Shown here piece after piece: positions 58,517 through 64,000 of a DNA stretch of 64,000 nt. How positions within the stretch are numbered: position 1 is the stretch's first letter; each line of letters starts with the position of its first letter. The DNA comes from an uncultured Actinomycetes bacterium (GTDB lineage Bacteria > Actinomycetota > Acidimicrobiia > IMCC26256 > PALSA-610): positions 176,799-240,798 of the forward strand of contig CAWEDT010000010.1 of the NCBI GenBank assembly GCA_963807945.1, read 5' to 3'. Below the pieces are notes generated by a model. It did no database searches. It had not been told where the DNA came from and saw nothing but the letters and a program-made list of their open reading frames with translations. The position numbers and the translations under genes are program-made.

Positions 58517-59389
58517 TCACCCGATGGCCTCCTGACCCGACGGCTGGTGCGCCACTTCCCCGGGTACACCCGGCGCCGAGCGGGCCGCCGGCGAGCGCAG
58601 CGCGAGGAACACCGCGTGCAGCGACCGCTCGACGACGATCGCGAGGCCGATGAGCCAGACCGACACGATGCCGTCGAACCACCAGTGGTTCCCGGTGGCC
58701 ACCACCGCGAGCACGGTCACGAACGGGTGGGCAACGATCCACCAGCGCCGGCGGCTGGTCGAGATCAGGATCACACCGAGGGCGACCAAGACCGCCCACG
58801 CGACGTGCACCGACGGCATCGCCGACAGCTGATCCGGCCCGGGCGAACCGACCGGCGCGTACACCGACTGGTGGAACATGGCGGGGGTATCTACGAAGCC
58901 CAAGCCCGGCGTCAGGCGGGGCGGCGCGGTAGGGATGAGCTGGATCGCGAGCGCGGCTCCGGTGACGAGCACCATCGTGTTGCGCACCTGTGGGTAGCGG
59001 TCGCGGTGCCGAACGAACGTCCAGATGAGGAACGCGATCATGCCCGGGAAGTGCATGGTGGCGTAGAAGACGTTGAGCGCCTGCACCAGCAACGACGAGT
59101 GGAGCACGAGGTGCTGTACGGTCAACTCGTTCGGCAGGTGCAGATCGCGAGAGAGGTCGTAGATCCAGTGGCCCCGCAAGACGGCGCCGTCGACCTTCTC
59201 GAGTGACAGCGTTCCCGCGAACTGCCACAGCGCGTAGAGGCCCAGCACGACTGCGGTCTCGCGCGCGAAGCTCAGCGCGTATTGAACGCCGCGGTGGCTC
59301 GGCTTTGCGAAGAGCCCGACGACCACGAGAAACGGGACGATGGCGAGCGCGGCTGCGAGTGCGAGCGCAGCTTTCCAGGGCAGCCACAT
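58517..59389 (-). CDS. PAP2_3-type membrane phosphotransferase/phosphatase (inositol-phosphorylceramide-synthase-like family) (intact)
   Basis: ORF 58517..59389 has 6 predicted TM segments. Motifs: FYATMHFPGMIAFLIW; AMPSVHVAWAVLVAL; AHPFVTVLAVVATGNHWWFDGIV. Confidence 0.7.
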   Translation of the reverse strand: MWLPWKAALALAAALAIVPFLVVVGLFAKPSHRGVQYALSFARETAVVLGLYALWQFAGTLSLEKVDGAVLRGHWIYDLSRDLHLPNELTVQHLVLHSSLLVQALNVFYATMHFPGMIAFLIWTFVRHRDRYPQVRNTMVLVTGAALAIQLIPTAPPRLTPGLGFVDTPAMFHQSVYAPVGSPGPDQLSAMPSVHVAWAVLVALGVILISTSRRRWWIVAHPFVTVLAVVATGNHWWFDGIVSVWLIGLAIVVERSLHAVFLALRSPAARSAPGVPGEVAHQPSGQEAIG

Positions 59390-59441
59390 GACGTGCGCAG
59401 CGTACAGAGCGAGTTCCGGCGCTGGGCTACGGTCGCCGCTG

Positions 59442-59990
59442 ATGTCAGAGGTGTCGGAGCGTTACGCGCGGATCGCGGCGGGATTCGACGCACAGCTACG
59501 CGGCATCACCGACGACGCGTGGACGCTCCCGACGCCCTGCGACGAATGGGCGGTCCGCGACGTCGTCGCGCACGTTGTCTCGGTGCACCGCCGGATCGTC
59601 GCCGGTCTCGATGCCAGTGCTCCCGCCCCGCCCGCGACCGACTCCGATCTGCTTGGAGCCTGGACCGATGCCACGGCTGACGTCGCCGACGCGCTCGCCG
59701 ACCCGGCGCGGGCCACGGCGCCGGTGACCGGTCGCTTCGCGCCGATGCCGCTCGAAGACCTGATCGGCCGCCTGCTGTGCAACGACACGCTGGTGCACAG
59801 CTGGGACATCGCACGAGCTACCGGCCAGGACGAGCATCTCGATCCCGCCGGTGTCACGTACGCATTCGAGATGCTGCGGCCCAACGACGAAGCGCTCCGC
59901 GGCCCGGGCAGCTTCGGCCCGAAGATCGACCCGCCACCCGATGCCGACGAGCAGACGCGCTTCTTGTGCTTCCTGGGTCGCCGGGCGTAG
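59442..59990 (+). CDS. mycothiol-dependent maleylpyruvate isomerase-like / DinB-fold protein (TIGR03086-like) (intact)
   Basis: ATG 59442 lies inside ORF 59340..59990. The reading is MSEVSERYARIAAGFDAQLRGITDDAWTLPTPCDEWAVRDVVAHVV...LLCNDTLVHSWDIARATGQDEHLDP...FGPKIDPPPDADEQTRFLCFLGRRA*. Confidence 0.75.
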   Translation: MSEVSERYARIAAGFDAQLRGITDDAWTLPTPCDEWAVRDVVAHVVSVHRRIVAGLDASAPAPPATDSDLLGAWTDATADVADALADPARATAPVTGRFAPMPLEDLIGRLLCNDTLVHSWDIARATGQDEHLDPAGVTYAFEMLRPNDEALRGPGSFGPKIDPPPDADEQTRFLCFLGRRA

Positions 59991-60001
59991 TGAGCGCGCG
60001 T

Positions 60002-61222
60002 CTAACGCGAGGCTTTGAGGAGCGCTTCGTTGGGCTTGTCGGGTAACGCCTCGAGCGGCTGCGCGATCTCTGCGATGGTCGGGCCGACGTGCGCGGCGAT
60101 CGGCGCGAGCACGTCGAGGTCGAAGCCGTAGAGCCGGGCCGCGTTCCCGGCGAGCAACTGCTGGAGCTCGGTCGGGTCGACGTCGTGGAAGAGCTGACGC
60201 AGGTGCTCACGCGTGTACGGGTACGTGCCCTCTTGGTGCGGATAGTCGCTCCCCCACATGAACCGGTCGAGACCGATCTCGTGCCGCGCCGCCGCGTCTT
60301 CACGTCCGGGTTGGCTCACACCGACCCAACAGTTCTGCGCGAAGTACTCGGTCGCCGACTTCGGGAGTATGTGCTCCTCCGAATAACGGAGCTCACCGGT
60401 CCGGCCCGTCTTGCGGATCTGCGCGAGCACCCCGTCGAGCCGCTTCAGCATCGGTGGGATCCACGCGCATCCCATCTCGGTCATCACGAACTTCAGGTTC
60501 GGGAAGCGTTCGAACACGCCCGACAGCAACAACTGCACGAAGGGTCGCTGCGAGTAGAAGCCGACTTCGTTGATGAACAGCAGATCGGCGACGGGGTACT
60601 TGCCGTAGTTGGGCGCGCCGGTTCCGCCGTGCGCGTTGACCGGCATACCGAGGTCTTCGCACACCTTCCAGAGCGGGTCGTAGATCGTGTCGTACAGCGG
60701 CTTCACGTAGTTCACGTCGGGTGGGATCGCGGAGATGAGCACGCCGCCGCGCAGGCCGTGCTCGTGAATCCAGCGGACGTCGTCGATCGCATCGTCCACG
60801 TCGTTGAGGAAGATCTGCCCGATGCCCGCGCGCCGTTCCGGGAATCGCCCGCACCAGTCGGCCAACCACCGGTTGTGCGCGCGGATCCCGGCCAGCCGGT
60901 GCTCGTACTCGTCGGGCGTCGGTGGGCGCGCGAAGAGGATGAAACTCGGGAAGAACGGTGGCACCGTGTTCGGGAACACGACCTCCGCGACGATGCCGTC
61001 GGCCTCTTCGTCGGAGAAGCGCCGCTCGTCGTCCCAGTTGCGGATGCGGCCCCCGTCGCCTTCCTGCAGGTCGCGGAACGGGTTCTTGTACTTGTTGCGC
61101 CAGGCGTCGAAATCGTCGAGGTACGCGGGGTCGAGATACGACCGGTAGGTCTCGTGGTTGGCGCCGGCGTGCGTGTCGGCCGAGATGATCGTGTACCGCT
61201 CGTCAGTCGAAGTCGTCGCCAT
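60002..61222 (-). CDS. amidohydrolase_2 (ACMSD/metal-dependent hydrolase or decarboxylase) family protein (intact)
   Basis: ORF 60002..61222. Motifs: YTIISADTHAG; VAEVVFPN; RRAGIGQIFLNDVDDAIDDVRW; PVNAHGG; FVMTEMGCAWIP; FMWGSDYPHQEGTYP. Confidence 0.8.
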   Translation of the reverse strand: MATTSTDERYTIISADTHAGANHETYRSYLDPAYLDDFDAWRNKYKNPFRDLQEGDGGRIRNWDDERRFSDEEADGIVAEVVFPNTVPPFFPSFILFARPPTPDEYEHRLAGIRAHNRWLADWCGRFPERRAGIGQIFLNDVDDAIDDVRWIHEHGLRGGVLISAIPPDVNYVKPLYDTIYDPLWKVCEDLGMPVNAHGGTGAPNYGKYPVADLLFINEVGFYSQRPFVQLLLSGVFERFPNLKFVMTEMGCAWIPPMLKRLDGVLAQIRKTGRTGELRYSEEHILPKSATEYFAQNCWVGVSQPGREDAAARHEIGLDRFMWGSDYPHQEGTYPYTREHLRQLFHDVDPTELQQLLAGNAARLYGFDLDVLAPIAAHVGPTIAEIAQPLEALPDKPNEALLKASR

Positions 61223-61308
61223 TGGACCCTCTTCGTCTCGCCCGGAAGTGATGCCCGAAACGGTATCCGACTGCCCGCGAGCGCCCGCAGCTGCGTAGTC
61301 TGCGCGGC

Positions 61309-62104
61309 GTGGCGCACACCCTGGCGAACGGCATCGATCTCTACTACGAGCGTTGGGGTTCCGGTCCGCCGCTGCTCTTCCTCAACGGCTCGGGCTCGTC
61401 GATCGCGACCAGCGACCTGCTCATCAAGCTGTTCACGAATGACTTCGACGTGCTCGTGCACGACCAGCGCGGGCTGGGCGAGAGCGAGATTCCACCCGGT
61501 CCGTATTCGATGGCCGACTACGCGGCCGATGCCGCGGCACTTACTCGACCACATCGGCTGGGAGCGCGCCCGCGTCGTCGGTGTGAGCTTCGGGGGCATG
61601 GTCGCCCAGGAGCTCGCGGTCACGTATCCCGAACGTATCGAACGACTGGCGTTGCTGTGCACATCACCGGGCGGATCGGGCGGTGCGTCCTACCCGCTGC
61701 ACGAACTGGCACAGCTCTCCGAAGCGGAGCAGGACGAGAAGCGTCTGGAGTTGCTCGACTCGCGCTTCACCCCGGCTTGGCTCGCGGACCATCCGAGCGA
61801 CAAGGCGCTGGTCGAGATGATGGCGAGCCGGCGCACGGGAACCAAGACGCCCGATCAACTCCGCGGGGAAGAGTTGCAACTCCTCGCCCGCAGTCATCAC
61901 GACGTGTGCGATCGACTTGCGCGCATCACCTGCCCGACGCTCGTCGCCGGTGGCCGCTTCGACGCGATCGCACCTCCCACCAACGCCGAAGCGATCGCGT
62001 CGCGCATTCCGGACGCCGAGCTCCGTCTCTACGACGGCGGCCACGCGTTCTTCGCCCAGGACGCGGCCGCGCTCCCCGACGTGATCTCGTTCCTCGCCGG
62101 CTGA
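61309..62104 (+). CDS. alpha/beta-fold hydrolase (one frame change near 61545)
   Basis: GTG 61309 gives [31 protein letters not shown]...[12 protein letters not shown]. Further motifs: [18 protein letters not shown] (GxSxG); [10 protein letters not shown]; [15 protein letters not shown]; [14 protein letters not shown]. ORFs 61309..62166 and 60089..62104. Confidence 0.8.
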
Positions 62105-62108
62105 GCAG

Positions 62109-62945
62109 CTACCGCGAAAACGCGGCGCGCGCGACGCTGCCACCCGCGCCGACCTCCGCCCAGTAACCGTACGTTCCCTGGTCGAGCAGCTCGCGTGCCG
62201 CCGTCACCATGCCCGCGATCGCGGCGTAATAGAACGACCCGCCGACAGAGATGCGCTTGACCCTGATCTTCGACAGCTCGGCCACCGACGGCGTGTTCGG
62301 CAGCGCCAACACGCTCACCGGAAGGTCGACCGCCGCGATGATGGTGCGGAGCTCGTCGATGTCGGAGATGCCCGGCGCGAACAGCGCGTCGGCCCCGGCT
62401 TCCTGGAACGCCTGCAGGCGGGCGATCGTGTCGGCGAGATCAGGGTTACCGCGGATGTGGTTCTCGGCGCGCGCGGTGAGCACCAGATGCACGTCGCCGC
62501 CGTGCGCCGCTTCCGCGGCGGCGGCAACGCGCTCGGCAGCCAGCTCGGGCGCGTACAACCCGGCCTCACGCGAGTAGTCCTCGACCGAACAGCCCGCGAG
62601 CCCCGTCGAAACCGCACGCGTGATCGTCGCCGCGACGCCCGCGGGATCGTCGGCAAACGCGTTCTCGAGATCGGCGCTGACCGGCACGTCGACCGCGGCA
62701 ACGACCGCGGCCGCGTGGGCGAGCGCGTCGTCAACCGTGATGTCGCCGTCGAGGCGCCCGAGCGTGCCCGCGAAGCCGGAGCTCGTCGTCGCCAGCGCTT
62801 CGAATCCCATCGACTCGAGAATCCGCGCCGATCCCGCATCCCACGGATTCGGCATGAGCAACGCGGCATCGCCGTGATGCCGCGCGAGAAACTGTCGCGC
62901 CTTATCCGATTGAGTTGGCTTTTCCCGTTGTGAGGTCATCCGCAA
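62109..62945 (-). CDS. isocitrate lyase / PEP mutase superfamily protein (intact)
   Basis: ORF 62109..62945. Motifs: [31 protein letters not shown]; [11 protein letters not shown]; AGCSVED; [10 protein letters not shown]; [11 protein letters not shown]; [12 protein letters not shown]. Confidence 0.75.
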   Translation of the reverse strand: MRMTSQREKPTQSDKARQFLARHHGDAALLMPNPWDAGSARILESMGFEALATTSSGFAGTLGRLDGDITVDDALAHAAAVVAAVDVPVSADLENAFADDPAGVAATITRAVSTGLAGCSVEDYSREAGLYAPELAAERVAAAAEAAHGGDVHLVLTARAENHIRGNPDLADTIARLQAFQEAGADALFAPGISDIDELRTIIAAVDLPVSVLALPNTPSVAELSKIRVKRISVGGSFYYAAIAGMVTAARELLDQGTYGYWAEVGAGGSVARAAFSR

Positions 62946-63011
62946 ACGCTAGCCAGACGTGGGCGCGGCGGACGATGTAAGACTCACGCCTTCCGGTACC
63001 GAGGAGGGCGC

Positions 63012-63820
63012 GTGGCGAGGTTCACCGGCAAGGTCGCAATCGTGACGGGCGGTGGTTCCGGCATCGGCCGCGCCACGGCACTCCTCCTCGCATCCGAAGG
63101 CGCATCCGTGACCGTCGCCGACATCGCGCCCGACGCGGCACGCACGGTCGTCGACGCGATCGCCGCGGCGGGTGGAACCGCGCGGGCGCAAGTGCTCGAC
63201 GTCTCCGATGCGGCCGGTGTGGAAGCCATGGTCGCCGAGACGGTCGAGCGCGTTCGGCGGGCTCGACGTGTTGCACAACAACGCGGCCGCGCTCGACCAG
63301 AACCGGCTCGATCAAGACGTCGCGACGATGGACCTCGCAACCTGGGATCGAGTGCTCGCCGTGAACCTGACCGGGCCGATGCTCGGATGCCGCTACGCGA
63401 TCCCGGCGATGTTCGGAGCGCGGGACCGGTGCGATCGTGAACACCGCGTCGGCGGCGGCGTTCTACGGGAGCCACTCGCTCGCGGCCTACGGTACGTCAA
63501 AGGCGGGCCTGGTCGCACTCACGCGTTACGTCGCGACTGCATACGGCGAACGCGGTATCCGTTGCAACGCGGTCGCGCCCGGTGTCGTCGTCGACGAGCA
63601 GGCGCAGGCGGCACTCGGGGGTCCGATGGGTGAGCGGCTGCGGCGCTACAGCACGAGCCATCTCATCGGCCGGCTCGGGTACCCCGAGGAGATCGCGCGC
63701 ACGGTCGCGTTCCTCGCCTCCGACGACGCCGCGTTCGTGACCGGTGAGACGCTGCGTGTCGACGGCGGTTTCACCGCGCACACACCGACCTACGCGACCG
63801 ATCGTCACCCTGAGAAATAG
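63012..63820 (+). CDS. SDR-family oxidoreductase (two frame changes)
   Basis: GTG 63012 gives VARFTGKVAIVTGGGSGIGRATALLLASEGA. Further motifs: GGLDVLHNNAA; IVNTASAAAFYGSHSLAAYGTSKAGLV (YxxxK); IRCNAVAPGVV; FLASDDAAFVTGETLRVDGG. Confidence 0.85.
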
Positions 63821-63895
63821 CGAAACGGACCCGCCTGAAGTCTTGATCTCCTCTTGCGCAACTCCCATTGGTTGCCCAGCGCGCCTCTCTTGAAT

Positions 63896-63930
63896 GGGGT
63901 TCGTCAGCCAATGAAACCCCTGACTTGGGG
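63896..63930 (+). promoter_or_regulatory. alternative hairpins in the 5' leader of the last gene, one able to pair with the G-run at the 5' edge of the Shine-Dalgarno
   Basis: GGGGTT (63896-63901) can pair with AACCCC (63915-63920). Alternatively CCCC (63917-63920) can pair with GGGG (63927-63930), which runs into the GGAGGAGG before ATG 63945. Confidence 0.25.
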
Positions 63931-63944
63931 AGGAGGTGAGCAAG

Positions 63945-64000
63945 ATGCGCAAGATCCACAAAGCCGCAGTGGCGGTCGCCATGTCGGGCGCGTTCATCGT
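63945..64000 (+). CDS. 5' end of a probably secreted protein (truncated by the window end)
   Basis: A GGGGAGGAGG Shine-Dalgarno lies 8 nt upstream of ATG 63945. The reading MRKIHKAAVAVAMSGAFI.. looks like a signal peptide. Confidence 0.5.
   Translation, partial: MRKIHKAAVAVAMSGAFI

Overview
This is a high-GC segment (by eye about 70% G+C) that reads like an Actinomycetota chromosome. Supporting markers are FbiC for F420, two mycothiol-type DinB proteins, a MarP-like protease, tkt-tal-pgl, CtaA/CtaB and GlnD. I can support about 70 protein-coding genes. I saw no rRNA, tRNA, CRISPR array, transposase, integrase or phage structural module.

Gene content:
- tRNA modification: a ThiS-like carrier, a TtuA-like thiolase and trmI.
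- Cell envelope: a PBP4-type peptidase and a GH84-GT2-nagA unit.
- Acyl-CoA metabolism, the pentose-phosphate genes and fbiC.
- A glycolate-oxidase-type glcDEF set.
- Cytochrome oxidase assembly: a cupredoxin, ctaB, a TlpA-like protein and, further away, ctaA.
- An ABC-2 exporter next to a polyprenyl synthase.
- aguA-aguB for polyamine synthesis, and an orphan glnD.
- Several small catabolic clusters (SDRs, hydrolases, cyclase, amidohydrolase).

The dominant technical feature is that most conserved genes, especially in 1-23 kb, can only be read by switching frame repeatedly. A few genes between them are perfectly intact. I therefore give whole-gene spans reconstructed from motifs and from preserved ATGA/GTGA stop-start overlaps, and boundaries are approximate where stated.

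Most interesting leads:
- The translationally coupled ThiS-like / TtuA-like / trmI unit.
- A coupled GH84-GT2-nagA module.
- An apparent methyltransferase-Mug fusion.
- A membrane-anchored collagen-repeat protein.
- A His-rich ScyD/ScyE-like secreted protein.
- A 44-45 bp tandem repeat carrying perfect palindromes in a divergent promoter region.
- A block of unknown genes around 53.3-55.0 kb with repeated TGTGGA boxes.

All family assignments come from motif recognition by eye; no database search was run.
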